Of a DNA stretch of 64,000 nucleotides, positions 8,945-18,696 are shown piece after piece. Under the pieces are notes generated by a model that worked only from the letters and a program-made list of their open reading frames with translations, made no database searches and was not told where the DNA came from. Location: positions 12,903-76,902 of the forward strand of contig JAGLON010000032.1 in NCBI GenBank assembly GCA_023138975.1, given 5' to 3'. The DNA is from Candidatus Zixiibacteriota bacterium (GTDB taxonomy: Bacteria; Zixibacteria; MSB-5A5; GN15; JAAZOE01). A program made the position numbers and the translations under genes. The stretch's first letter is position 1; every line of letters begins with the position of its first letter.

Positions 8945-9373
8945 TTATTTACTTACTATCTGGTTTTTTAAAGCCTTATATTGTCCCTTGTCAATTTTTT
9001 CAATATCGCCGATTTTAATCATCTGGCTAATCATTCCGAAAATAGCTGATTCAAAATTATCCGACTTGGTTTGATAACCACCGTCTAATAATTTTTTCTT
9101 GATCGCAGAAACCCTCATAACCTTAGGATATGATTTGTTTAAAATATCCCCAATCGCTTCTCTTAACGTTTTACCAGAATAGTCACCCGCCCCATTAGGA
9201 GATGTAGGATTTTGATAACGCTGGATAATGCGGTCAAGGGAAGCGATATCCGCCCTAACAATATCAGCCTCTCTTTCTAATTCAGATAGACTCTCGGTAA
9301 GGTCTTGCTTGGCCGAGTTGAGGCTACCCAAGACTTCTTTAGCCATCTTGTTCTCCTTTATTAATCTGCTCAT
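8945..9373 (-). CDS. Hypothetical protein (coiled-coil N-half, winged-helix-like C-half), cargo of the IS element
   Basis: 142-aa ORF. TTGACA box about 31 nt upstream of the ATG and no SD. No family recognised. Confidence 0.45.
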   Translation of the reverse strand: MSRLIKENKMAKEVLGSLNSAKQDLTESLSELEREADIVRADIASLDRIIQRYQNPTSPNGAGDYSGKTLREAIGDILNKSYPKVMRVSAIKKKLLDGGYQTKSDNFESAIFGMISQMIKIGDIEKIDKGQYKALKNQIVSK

Positions 9374-9576
9374 GCTTTAATATCGGAATCACAAGACCCC
9401 CCTGTCAAGAGATATTTTGATTTATTTTAAGAGATGTGTAAAATTCTAAAGATGCAAAATACTGCATGTTGACCCGCTACAGATGTGCAGGTGTTTAAAT
9501 ATCTAAAATATCCAAATTATCAGTAAATTTGAAATTAGCACATTACCAGATTTTGGGTAAAATAAAGAAAAGAGAA

Positions 9577-9852
9577 TTAAGAGTCTTGTTTTTTCTTTTT
9601 GTCCCACCGTGCCTTGACGGCTTTACGTGCCGCCTCAGATCGTTCTTCGGGAGTCATGTTCTTGGCTCTGGCTTTACCGCCCTTGAGTCCACCAAGACGA
9701 CCGAGAGCGACAGCTGCCGGATTCTTGCCTTCATCTTCTGGCTTGGGTTTCTCAAGCTCATCCTCTTCAGGCTCCGGCTCTGTGGCATCATTAACGACTT
9801 GGTTTGCCAGTTCGTTAATATCCAGCCGCTTTTTCTTTTTACGCTCTTGCAT
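9577..9852 (-). CDS. Small charged protein with a KGG-like basic C-terminal motif, cargo of the IS element
   Basis: 91 aa with an acidic N-half. The C-half reads GRLGGLKGGKARAKNMTPEERSEAARKAVKARW, a motif I recall from small phage/plasmid-borne proteins. TTGACA box about 31 nt upstream of the ATG, no SD. Confidence 0.45.
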   Translation of the reverse strand: MQERKKKKRLDINELANQVVNDATEPEPEEDELEKPKPEDEGKNPAAVALGRLGGLKGGKARAKNMTPEERSEAARKAVKARWDKKKKQDS

Positions 9853-9908
9853 ACTATAAAAATATCACAAGAACTGCCAGATGTCAAGAATCAAATTAAT
9901 TGAGAAGT

Positions 9909-9937
9909 TTTAAACTGACCCACTACCAAAATTCTAC
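9909..9937. repeat. Right terminal inverted repeat of the IS1-family element
   Basis: TTTAAACTGACCCACTACCAAAATTCTAC; its reverse complement matches 7553-7581 at 26/29. Confidence 0.6.
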
Positions 9938-10080
9938 TTGGATTGTACCGATTTTAGGCTATTTTAATGTATATTACTCTCAATTGTAATGTAATTGTTA
10001 CTTAAGGAGTAATATACAGATAAAAATATGCAGCGGTACCAGCCGGTTTTTAGATTCAAAGATCTGTTTTAGCGTGGAGA

Positions 10081-13000
10081 ATGAAAATGGGTAAGATGAG
10101 CGGAAGAAACAAATGTGCGTGTCTTTTCACAATATGCCTATTAGCCGCATTGGTGGTTATATACGGAACATCTTCCGTTATGGCGGCAGAAATATCTCAA
10201 ACCTATTCTTTTAACCGCCCCTCATTACAATCTGTTACAATTGATGGTATCGCCTATGATAGGATAAGTATGCCAGATGTTCCCAATGATGGTGAAGCAG
10301 GGTTACCGTCTCTACCGTCTGTCGGGAGTAAGATACTGCTCCCATATCAAAGCAAAATTGAATATATAGAGGTTATTCCAGGTGATCGGGTTTCGCTTGG
10401 CTCCGGTTATCATATTGAACCGGCACAGTATCATGTACCATTATCGGCTGATTTTGGCTCGATCAAAGCAGCTTTACCGAATCCATCCGTGTACGAAATC
10501 AGCGCTTTTTATCCGGCAGAAGACTTTCAATACGCTGGTACATTCAGTTTCCGGGGGTATGATTTTGCGGTCGTAAAACTGCTGCCGGCTGAGTATAATC
10601 CGGTTACCGGAGAGCTTTTTTATTATACCGAAATAACAGTACGGGTATATACTATTGATGCCAAGGAAGAGCCCGAGTTATTCCGGGGACTAACCAAAGA
10701 TGCTGTTGAGGCAAATTCAAAAGTAGATAACGCGGATGCCGTTGAATCCTATCTTACTGCCAATAAAAACGGTTTAGAAAACTATGATCTTTTAATAATC
10801 ACAACGGATGCCTTCAAGGCTTCGTTTGAGCCGCTGAAAAATTACCATAATTCTACCGGGATACTAACAGAAATTCATACTATAAGTGAAGTTGGCAGTA
10901 ATGATCCAGCAACAGTACGGGATTATATTCGTCAGGCTTATTTGAATGATGGGATTTCATATGTTCTTATTGGGGGAGATGATGAATTCATCCCGGCCCG
11001 TGATTTGTACGCGAACTTTCGCTCAAGTAGCGGTCTTGAAGAGGATGCTACGATTCCGGCCGATCTATATTTCGGATGTCTCGATGGAACCTTTGATTAT
11101 ACAGGAAACGGGATATATGGTGAATATGGAGATGGTGATAATGGCGAATCGGTAGATTTGGTCGCTGAAGTTTATGTTGGACGGGCATCGGTAAGCAACA
11201 CTGTTGAGGCTCAGAGGTTTGTGAGTAAGACGATTCGTTATCTGACGCACCAGGCAACGTATTTGAAAAATCTGCTCTTAGTCGGCGAGCAATTGGGTTT
11301 TGGAGGTATATCCGACTATGCGGCGGCAAGTATAGACCAATTGATGGATGTTTGCGAGGATGATGGTTATATGACCTCGGGTTTGCCATCATCTCTTTAT
11401 ACTCCCGACAGACTGTATGATCGTGATTGGGGCGGTAACTACTGGCCGAACGCAGAACTGTTTGATCGTATCAACAGCGGTGTTCATATGGTGCATCACC
11501 TGGGGCATTGCAATTCAAGTTGGGCAATGAAATCATCCAGTACCGAAGCAGTTGAGAAAATGCACAACACAGAACTGTTTTTCCTCTATTCACAAGGCTG
11601 TATGCCGGGTGCTTTTGATTGGGGAGATTGCTGGGCTGAACACGCACATTTGAAAACGGATAATGGACCTTTTGCGATAATAATGAATGCCCGTTTCGGA
11701 CTTGGTCGAGGCTATAGCACCGATGGAGTTTCTAATCGGTACCACCGCCAGTTTGTTGACGCGATTTATAATCCGGATGAGAATAAACCGGAATTGGGCC
11801 GGGCAAACGCCGATTCAAAGGAAGACAATCTTCATCAGGCGGCGAGCGGTGGTATGCGCTGGGTATATTACGAAATAAACCTATTCGGCGATCCGACTAT
11901 TACACTGTGGAAAAAATGGTTGGGACTATATTCTTTCGAATTCTCTGATATTCAAGGCGACAATGATGGTATTCTTGAAGCAGGTGAGACGATTGAGCTT
12001 GTCTGTGAGCTTGAAAATACAGGGATCCCTCAGGCCGACAATATCACCATGGAACTGACAATAAATGATCAAACGATTTCAGTTATCAGCGGCTCAGCCG
12101 CAATATCAAGTATTATGGAAGGAGAGACGGCGGCTAATACGAGTTTGCCGTTTTCTTTCACACTTCCAGTGGACTATATCACCCGCGTCGATACTTTTTT
12201 AGTTGATGTAAGCTGGAGTGAAGGCGGCGAGCAAAAATCTACAGTCTTATCATTCACCGCTCCAATGGGAGCGATTCCCATATTAGTAGTTGATGGTTAT
12301 GAAAATGATTCGATCGAGCGTTACTATTTCGAGTACCTAAACAATGCCAACCTGCCTTATAAAATATGGGAAACAGACTTTTCGACGGGACCATCCGCGG
12401 CTGATCTGAATAAATATGAAATCGTGGTGTGGTTAACAGGCGGTTTACATTCCAATCCTTTAAGCCCTTCTGATATTACCGCTCTTAAAGGTTTTTTGGA
12501 TAATGGAGGAAAACTATTCTTATCCGGCCAGGGGATTGCGGCCAATGTTAACATCACTGACCAAGAGTTCCTGCACAACTATTTGAAGTCCGAATATGAA
12601 TCGGCGCAATTATCGCCGCTTCTATGTTCGCAGCCTGATGGAATTGTTTTACCGGTTTCGGATACATTATTCATTCAGGGCTCAAGCGGAGCCGATAACC
12701 AGACTTTCCCGGATCGGATTTACCCGATCAATGGCGGCATTGGCGAACTAAGGTGGCTGGGAAGTACCACTTATGGCGCCGTTACTTATGGCGGCGACTA
12801 TAAGTTAGTCTATTTCTCCTTTGGCTGGGAAGCAATTACAAGGGGTGATGCTCGTTTTACTGATAGAGATACAGTCTTCGCGTCAATTTTGGAGTTCTTT
12901 AACCTGGAACATGCCGATGGGCCGCCTGAGATTACGTCAATGTCAATGACACCAGATAATTTCACGCATTTAATGAATCATACGCCGGAGTTCTCATGGT

Positions 13001-13761
13001 CGTACTCAGATAATAATGGACATGCGCAAACTCACTTTCAAATCCAGGTCGGAGCTGATTATTACTGGTCACCCGATGATATGTGGGACTCCGGACCAGT
13101 TGCCGGAGGTGGCAGCTCAATTGTCTATGCGGGAAGTCCGTTGATTGATGGTCAGGACTATTGTATTAGAATCAGGGCTCAAAATGGCGAATTATGGTCT
13201 GACTGGGAGCATTTTGTTATTCATCTGAATTCAATCCCTATTCCTCAAGGACTGATACCTTGTGATTTAGAAATCGCATATTTGGGGCATATCAAACTTG
13301 AGCATGATGAAGCCGAGGATATAGAAGGTGATAATATCACATATTCCTATGAATTGTACGAAGATGAGGCTATGACAATCCTGGTCGAGCAGATAGATAA
13401 TGTTCCCAGCGGTAGTAGTGATAAGGCTGGCTGGGTAATACTCTCTAATCTGACTGAAGGGGATGATTATTATTGGCGAGTCAAAACCACTGATGATCTG
13501 GAAACGGGTGAGTGGTCTTCCCTGGAAGCATTTATTGTCGGTCCGGCGTATGTTTGCGGTGACTCCAACGGTGATGGTATCGTGAATGTCGGCGATGCTG
13601 TCAGTACGATTAATTTTGTATTTAAAGGCGGTCCGGCTCCAAATCCTTTGAATGCCGGGGATTCCAACTGTGATGAAACGTGCAATGTAGGCGACGCTGT
13701 TTATACAATTAGTTACGCCTTTCGCGGTGGTCCGGCTCCCTGTGAGAATTGTCCGGATTAA
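10081..13761 (+). CDS. Secreted peptidase C25 (gingipain-like) family protein with a C-terminal dockerin-like module
   Basis: 1226 aa with an N-terminal signal peptide. C25-like catalytic blocks HHLGHCN (His) and LYSQGCMPGAFD (Cys). The last ~70 aa (nt 13549-13758) are CGDSNGDGIVNVGDAV...GGPAP...GDSNCDETCNVGDAV...GGPAPCENCP. Confidence 0.75.
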   Translation: MKMGKMSGRNKCACLFTICLLAALVVIYGTSSVMAAEISQTYSFNRPSLQSVTIDGIAYDRISMPDVPNDGEAGLPSLPSVGSKILLPYQSKIEYIEVIPGDRVSLGSGYHIEPAQYHVPLSADFGSIKAALPNPSVYEISAFYPAEDFQYAGTFSFRGYDFAVVKLLPAEYNPVTGELFYYTEITVRVYTIDAKEEPELFRGLTKDAVEANSKVDNADAVESYLTANKNGLENYDLLIITTDAFKASFEPLKNYHNSTGILTEIHTISEVGSNDPATVRDYIRQAYLNDGISYVLIGGDDEFIPARDLYANFRSSSGLEEDATIPADLYFGCLDGTFDYTGNGIYGEYGDGDNGESVDLVAEVYVGRASVSNTVEAQRFVSKTIRYLTHQATYLKNLLLVGEQLGFGGISDYAAASIDQLMDVCEDDGYMTSGLPSSLYTPDRLYDRDWGGNYWPNAELFDRINSGVHMVHHLGHCNSSWAMKSSSTEAVEKMHNTELFFLYSQGCMPGAFDWGDCWAEHAHLKTDNGPFAIIMNARFGLGRGYSTDGVSNRYHRQFVDAIYNPDENKPELGRANADSKEDNLHQAASGGMRWVYYEINLFGDPTITLWKKWLGLYSFEFSDIQGDNDGILEAGETIELVCELENTGIPQADNITMELTINDQTISVISGSAAISSIMEGETAANTSLPFSFTLPVDYITRVDTFLVDVSWSEGGEQKSTVLSFTAPMGAIPILVVDGYENDSIERYYFEYLNNANLPYKIWETDFSTGPSAADLNKYEIVVWLTGGLHSNPLSPSDITALKGFLDNGGKLFLSGQGIAANVNITDQEFLHNYLKSEYESAQLSPLLCSQPDGIVLPVSDTLFIQGSSGADNQTFPDRIYPINGGIGELRWLGSTTYGAVTYGGDYKLVYFSFGWEAITRGDARFTDRDTVFASILEFFNLEHADGPPEITSMSMTPDNFTHLMNHTPEFSWSYSDNNGHAQTHFQIQVGADYYWSPDDMWDSGPVAGGGSSIVYAGSPLIDGQDYCIRIRAQNGELWSDWEHFVIHLNSIPIPQGLIPCDLEIAYLGHIKLEHDEAEDIEGDNITYSYELYEDEAMTILVEQIDNVPSGSSDKAGWVILSNLTEGDDYYWRVKTTDDLETGEWSSLEAFIVGPAYVCGDSNGDGIVNVGDAVSTINFVFKGGPAPNPLNAGDSNCDETCNVGDAVYTISYAFRGGPAPCENCPD

Positions 13762-13777
13762 TAACTGGTAAAGTATT

Positions 13778-13812
13778 AGCCGCGATTAATAAATCGCGGC
13801 TTCTCTGCTATT
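13778..13812 (+). terminator. Probable intrinsic terminator after the C25 peptidase gene
   Basis: Hairpin GCCGCGATT-AATAA-ATCGCGGC followed by a T-rich tract. Confidence 0.5.
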
Positions 13813-13917
13813 CTTTCTTTCAAGAAATCATTCTCACTATTTCCTCTTAAGTATTGCAATTCTCGTCAAATCTTATTTATTATAGGCTGGTTGTAGGAAG
13901 TAGAGGATTCTCGGTAT

Positions 13918-14658
13918 ATGCTGTTGTTTAAGCGGGATGTGTTTGGTCATTTCTATTTTATTAAATGGCTGTTGACATTTATTGTGGGTGTGTTTACGTA
14001 TCCATTTATCCGTATTTTCAATAAAATTACCCTTGAAGGCATGGAGAATCTCGAAAAGTATGGAGATACCAACGTCCTTTTTGTTTCCAACCATCAGACT
14101 TATTTTGCTGATGCCATAACGCTATATCATGTATTTAGCCGAACAAAAATGGCCTTCGCGAATAATCTTAATCATCCGTTTTATCTGCTTACACCTCGAA
14201 TGAATAGTTTCTATATTGCGGCCGAAGAAACTATGCGCTCCGGTGTCTTTCCTAAACTGCTTGCTTATGCCGGCGCGATACAAACACAAAGAACCTGGCG
14301 GAATAAGGATCAGTCGGTGAACAGGCAGGTAAGGTTTACGGATATTACTAATATCGGTGTTGCCCTTGATGCCGGATGGGTCATAACCTTTCCTCAAGGG
14401 ACAACAAAGCCGCATGCTCCGGTAAGACGCGGGATCGTGCATATCATCAAGAAATACAAACCGATTATTATCCCTCTTGTTATTGATGGATTTTCAGACA
14501 TATTTCCCAAAAAGGGAATCTTTCCAAAAAAATGGGGTTCTAATCTTAGCGTTCGATTCAAGGAAGAACTGCATATAAATCCTTCCGATGATGCAGAAAT
14601 AATACTGCAGCAGATAATGGACGCCATCGAACAGACTCCGCCGAAAAAACCAGAATAA
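13918..14658 (+). CDS. PlsC-like lysophospholipid/glycerolipid acyltransferase family protein
   Basis: 246 aa with an N-terminal hydrophobic segment. Acyltransferase block VSNHQTYFAD (a one-residue-longer variant of HX4D) and FPQGT (the FPEGT-like block). Confidence 0.55.
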   Translation: MLLFKRDVFGHFYFIKWLLTFIVGVFTYPFIRIFNKITLEGMENLEKYGDTNVLFVSNHQTYFADAITLYHVFSRTKMAFANNLNHPFYLLTPRMNSFYIAAEETMRSGVFPKLLAYAGAIQTQRTWRNKDQSVNRQVRFTDITNIGVALDAGWVITFPQGTTKPHAPVRRGIVHIIKKYKPIIIPLVIDGFSDIFPKKGIFPKKWGSNLSVRFKEELHINPSDDAEIILQQIMDAIEQTPPKKPE

Positions 14659-14752
14659 ATTCTTGTCTCTCACTGTTTAATTCTCTTGTGAATATCAGGA
14701 TAGTATCTATCTTAAGTCGGTTCTATAATGGCCTATTTACGTGGTGTTAATA

Positions 14753-15550
14753 ATGCAGGGAATAATATTTGACATTAAGAAATTCGCGATTCATGACGGT
14801 CCCGGTATCCGTACTACGATATTCTTTAAGGGCTGTCCACTGTCCTGTCAGTGGTGTCATAATCCTGAAAGCCGTAATCCCCAGATAGAAACGATTTGCG
14901 TCAAGAATAATTCTGACGAAACTCATGCTTCTGCAATCAGTGAAATATTCGGGGAAAAAGTCTCAGCACAATATATTATTGAAGAGATTGTAAAAGATCG
15001 TATCTTCTATGAAGAATCGGGAGGCGGGGCTACTTTTTCCGGTGGAGAACCGCTTCTTCAGATTGATTTTCTTCTGGAACTGTTACAACTCTGTAAAAAG
15101 CAGGGGATTCATACCGCCGTTGATACCTCTGGATTTGTGCCTTTTGAACAACTTGAGACAATTATTGATTACACAGAGTTATTCCTGTATGACTTGAAAC
15201 TAATTGACGACTCCGTACATAAAAATTATGTTGGCGCCTCAAATCAGCTTATCTTAGAAAACTTCAGAAAATTAGTTAAACGCCATGACAATGTTATCCC
15301 CAGAATTCCACTGATTCCGGGAATTACAGACACCGATGAAGCCCTTTCTGCAATAATTACCTTTCTTGAATCCACAAAATGTGTGACTAAAGTCAGTCTC
15401 CTTCCGTATAATAAATTAGTTGAGGATAAACTGGATCGGTTTCACATCGATAACAAAATAGGCCGACTTCAAAAACAGGACGACCAAAAAATCATTGATA
15501 TTGAGCGGATGTTTTCCGCTTGCGGATTTCACGTTTCTGTCGGAGGGTAA
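14753..15550 (+). CDS. Glycyl-radical enzyme activating protein (radical SAM), short PflA-like form without the ferredoxin-like insert
   Basis: ORF 14741 (GTG) trimmed to ATG 14753. HDGPGIRT, radical SAM CPLSCQWCHNPE (CX3CX2C), GGEPLL. No additional CX2CX2CX3C motifs. Confidence 0.85.
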   Translation: MQGIIFDIKKFAIHDGPGIRTTIFFKGCPLSCQWCHNPESRNPQIETICVKNNSDETHASAISEIFGEKVSAQYIIEEIVKDRIFYEESGGGATFSGGEPLLQIDFLLELLQLCKKQGIHTAVDTSGFVPFEQLETIIDYTELFLYDLKLIDDSVHKNYVGASNQLILENFRKLVKRHDNVIPRIPLIPGITDTDEALSAIITFLESTKCVTKVSLLPYNKLVEDKLDRFHIDNKIGRLQKQDDQKIIDIERMFSACGFHVSVGG

Positions 15551-15556
15551 CAAAGA

Positions 15557-17920
15557 GTGAAGCAACGGATAGAAAAATTACGCTGTCAAAGCCTCGATGC
15601 CATTCCGCATATATCGCTTGAGCGGGCCGAGATTCTGACTGATTTTTACAAAAGCGGGCAGATCGAGAAAGTTTCCACCCCGGTCGGGCGAGCGATGGCC
15701 TTTGAGTACCTGTTAAAGAATAAAGCTTTATGTATAAATGATGGCGAGTTGATTGTCGGTGAACGGGGTCCGGAACCAAAAGCGACTCCGACCTATCCCG
15801 AAATCTGTACCCATACGATAAAAGATTTTGATATTCTCGACAGTCGAGAAAAGATTTCCTTCAAAGTATCTGCTAAGGTCCGTTCTTCACAACAGGAGAA
15901 TATTATACCGGTCTGGTCGGGATGCTCTATTCGAGATAGAATATTATCTTCTGTGGATGACGAATGGAAAGAAGCCTATAGTGCTGGGATCTTTACCGAA
16001 TTTCAGGAACAGCGCGCTCCGGGACATACTGTGCTTGATGATAAGATTTATCACAAGGGATTTCTTGATTTCAAAAAAGAGATTGAAGACAGTCTTCAGA
16101 CTCTCGATTATTTTAATGATTCCGAAGCTTTGTCAAAAAAAGAACAACTCACCGCAATGAGCATCTGCTGTGATGCATTGATTGCTTTTGCCTCTCGCTA
16201 TGCTGATAAACTTGCCGGGCTGGCCGAAGCTGAAACAAATTCTATCCGCAAAGCAGAGTTGGAAAATATGGCCGCCATTTGCCGCAAAGTTCCAGCCCAC
16301 AAACCGGATACATTCTGGGAAGCTTTACAGTATTATTGGTTTGTGCATCTTGGCGTTATAACTGAGCTCAATACCTGGGATTCGTTCAATCCGGGTCGCT
16401 TAGACAGGCATTTGTACCCGTTCTATAAAAAAGATATAGCCGATGGTGTTCTGACCAATGAGCAGGCTCGAGAAATACTCCAATCTTTCTGGATAAAGTT
16501 TAACAATCAGCCAGCTCCTCCAAAAGTTGGTGTTACGGCTCAGGAAAGTAATACCTATACTGATTTTTGCCTGATAAATATTGGCGGTGTTACAGAGACC
16601 GGCGAGGATGCCTCCAATGAAATGACCTATATGATTATGGATACGATTGAGGAGATGAGGCTTCTACAGCCCAGCTCTATGGTTCAGATCAGTAAAAAGA
16701 ATCCTGATCGAATGGTAAAACGGGCACTGGAGATAATTAAGACCGGTTACGGACAGCCATCATTGTTTAATACTGATGCCTTGATACCGGAAATGATCCG
16801 GCAGGGAAAGTCAATTATAGATGCCCGTAACGGAGGCGCTTCGGGCTGTGTTGAAACGGGAGCGTTCGGAAAAGAGAGTTATATCCTTACCGGGTATTTT
16901 AATATTCCGAAGGTTCTGGAAATTACACTTCACAATGGCGTTGACCCTCGCACTGGTAAGCAGATAGGTGTTCAAACCGGTGACCCGGCTGAGTTTTCAT
17001 CTTTTGATGAACTATATGATGCCTTTGATAAACAGCTCATTTATTTTCTGGATATCAAGATTAAAGGTAATAGAATTATTGAACGTCTGTGGGCCGAAAT
17101 TCTTCCGGCGCCGTTTATGTCGCTGTTGATTGACGATTGTATCGCCACCGGAAAAGATTACAATAACGGCGGGGCCAGGTATAATTCATCCTATATTCAG
17201 GGGGTCGGCATGGGGACGATAACCGATTCTCTGACGGCCATAAAATATCATATCTTTGATAAAAAGACGCTTTCAATGCCGGAATATCTCGATGCTTTGA
17301 AAAATAATTTTAAAGGCTTCGATGGTTTTTTCAAGCAGTTACGAGATGGCACACCAAAATACGGCAATGACAATGACTATGCCGATGATGTTCTTCGCCG
17401 TGTTTTTGAGAGTTATTTTAGCGCGATTGACGGGCGCCCTAATACAAAGGGCGGTCATCATCGGATAAATCTGCTGCCGACAACCTGCCATGTCTATTTT
17501 GGGTCAGTCTGCGGAGCGACTCCGGACGGTCGTGAATGTGGTGCACCATTGTCTGAAGGGATTTCTCCGGTCCAGGGTGCTGACCGGCATGGTCCAACGG
17601 CGGTCTTAAAATCGGCGGCTAAGATCGACCATTTAAGGACCGGGGGAACGTTACTAAATCAGAAATTGACGCCCGAACTGCTTGGCAATAGCGATGGAAT
17701 CGAAAAGGTTATGCATCTTATCCGGTCATATTTTAAAATGGATGGGCATCATATTCAGTTTAACGTGGTGACGGCAGAGACGCTTCGTAAGGCACAACAT
17801 GAACCGGAGAAACATCGCGACCTGATCGTTCGGGTGGCCGGATACAGTGATTACTTTGTCGATCTCGGAATTGATTTGCAAAATGAGATAATAAACCGTA
17901 CCGAGCACGGTAATTGTTAA
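15557..17920 (+). CDS. Glycyl-radical enzyme of the eliminase (dehydratase/lyase) type, possibly 4-hydroxyproline-dehydratase-like; substrate not determined
   Basis: 787 aa with a GTG start 7 nt after the activase stop. Glycyl radical motif RVAGYSDYF near the C-terminus. Cys loop GGASGCVETG carries Glu two residues after the Cys, as in eliminase-type GREs. Confidence 0.85.
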   Translation: MKQRIEKLRCQSLDAIPHISLERAEILTDFYKSGQIEKVSTPVGRAMAFEYLLKNKALCINDGELIVGERGPEPKATPTYPEICTHTIKDFDILDSREKISFKVSAKVRSSQQENIIPVWSGCSIRDRILSSVDDEWKEAYSAGIFTEFQEQRAPGHTVLDDKIYHKGFLDFKKEIEDSLQTLDYFNDSEALSKKEQLTAMSICCDALIAFASRYADKLAGLAEAETNSIRKAELENMAAICRKVPAHKPDTFWEALQYYWFVHLGVITELNTWDSFNPGRLDRHLYPFYKKDIADGVLTNEQAREILQSFWIKFNNQPAPPKVGVTAQESNTYTDFCLINIGGVTETGEDASNEMTYMIMDTIEEMRLLQPSSMVQISKKNPDRMVKRALEIIKTGYGQPSLFNTDALIPEMIRQGKSIIDARNGGASGCVETGAFGKESYILTGYFNIPKVLEITLHNGVDPRTGKQIGVQTGDPAEFSSFDELYDAFDKQLIYFLDIKIKGNRIIERLWAEILPAPFMSLLIDDCIATGKDYNNGGARYNSSYIQGVGMGTITDSLTAIKYHIFDKKTLSMPEYLDALKNNFKGFDGFFKQLRDGTPKYGNDNDYADDVLRRVFESYFSAIDGRPNTKGGHHRINLLPTTCHVYFGSVCGATPDGRECGAPLSEGISPVQGADRHGPTAVLKSAAKIDHLRTGGTLLNQKLTPELLGNSDGIEKVMHLIRSYFKMDGHHIQFNVVTAETLRKAQHEPEKHRDLIVRVAGYSDYFVDLGIDLQNEIINRTEHGNC

Positions 17921-17935
17921 TAGAAAGAGTTTTCA

Positions 17936-18691
17936 ATGATATCATTAGCAGGTAAAAGTGCCCTTATCACGGGCGGTTCACGCGGTATTGGCAAGGCTAT
18001 TGTGCTGATGTTTGCCAAAGCCGGATGCGATGTGGTTATAAATTTCAGGTCTGATAGTGACAGCGCGGAAGCAGTCAGGAAACAGGCCGAGTCTTTGGGC
18101 GTTAAAGCCATGATAGCGAAGGCGGATATTAGCGATAAAAAACAGGTCGATGATATGATCTTCGACGCTGTAAATGAGATGGGCAAAATTGATATCCTCG
18201 TTAACAATGCGGGTATTTGGGAGCATAATCCGATTGACGCCATGACCGAGGATAATCTTCGCCGAACTATCGATACGAATCTACTGGGTGTATTCTTTCC
18301 AATAATGGCGGTTGTGAATTATATGAAAGAACACAAGTGGGGCAGTATAATCAATATCTCTTCAACCGCCGGCCAACGGGGAGAGGCTGAGTATTCTCCG
18401 TACTCGGCTACGAAAAGCGCCGTAATCGGTATTACTAAATCATTGGCGCCGGAGCTAATTAGATACAATATTCGTGTCAACTGTGTTGCTCCGGGATGGG
18501 TCGATACAGACATGACCAAGCCGACCATGTCAAGCGGGGAGGCGGCACAAGTGCTGACTTCGATACCTATGGGAAGAGTCGGGAAGCCTGAAGAATTGGC
18601 AGGGCCGGTGTTATTCCTGGCATCCGAACTGTCATCGTTTATTACCGGTGAGGTATTGAATGTCAACGGCGGAGCTGTTCTCTGCGGATAA
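17936..18691 (+). CDS. Short-chain dehydrogenase/reductase (FabG-like)
   Basis: 251 aa. TGGSRGIGKA cofactor motif, NNAG, catalytic YSATK. Confidence 0.85.
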   Translation: MISLAGKSALITGGSRGIGKAIVLMFAKAGCDVVINFRSDSDSAEAVRKQAESLGVKAMIAKADISDKKQVDDMIFDAVNEMGKIDILVNNAGIWEHNPIDAMTEDNLRRTIDTNLLGVFFPIMAVVNYMKEHKWGSIINISSTAGQRGEAEYSPYSATKSAVIGITKSLAPELIRYNIRVNCVAPGWVDTDMTKPTMSSGEAAQVLTSIPMGRVGKPEELAGPVLFLASELSSFITGEVLNVNGGAVLCG

Positions 18692-18696
18692 AACTA

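Larger units (their letters stand above)
7553..9937. mobile_element. IS1-family element with cargo, bounded by 29-bp imperfect inverted repeats
   Basis: 7553-7581 (GTAAAATTCTGGTAGTGGGTCAGTTTGAA) matches the reverse complement of 9909-9937 at 26 of 29 positions. The transposase stop codon lies inside the left repeat, as is typical for IS ends. No target-site duplication was seen. Confidence 0.5.

Noticed and set aside
9529-9903. Plus-strand ORFs (124 aa and 86 aa) overlapping the 91-aa minus-strand gene
   Set aside because: Their translations are Ser/Leu/Phe-rich mirror images of the Lys/Glu-rich minus-strand protein. The minus-strand ORF has the promoter-like TTGACA box and a recognisable basic motif.
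17917-18666. Minus-strand ORFs (108, 82 and 115 aa) inside the SDR gene
   Set aside because: They are antisense to a gene with all SDR signature motifs and have no independent signals.
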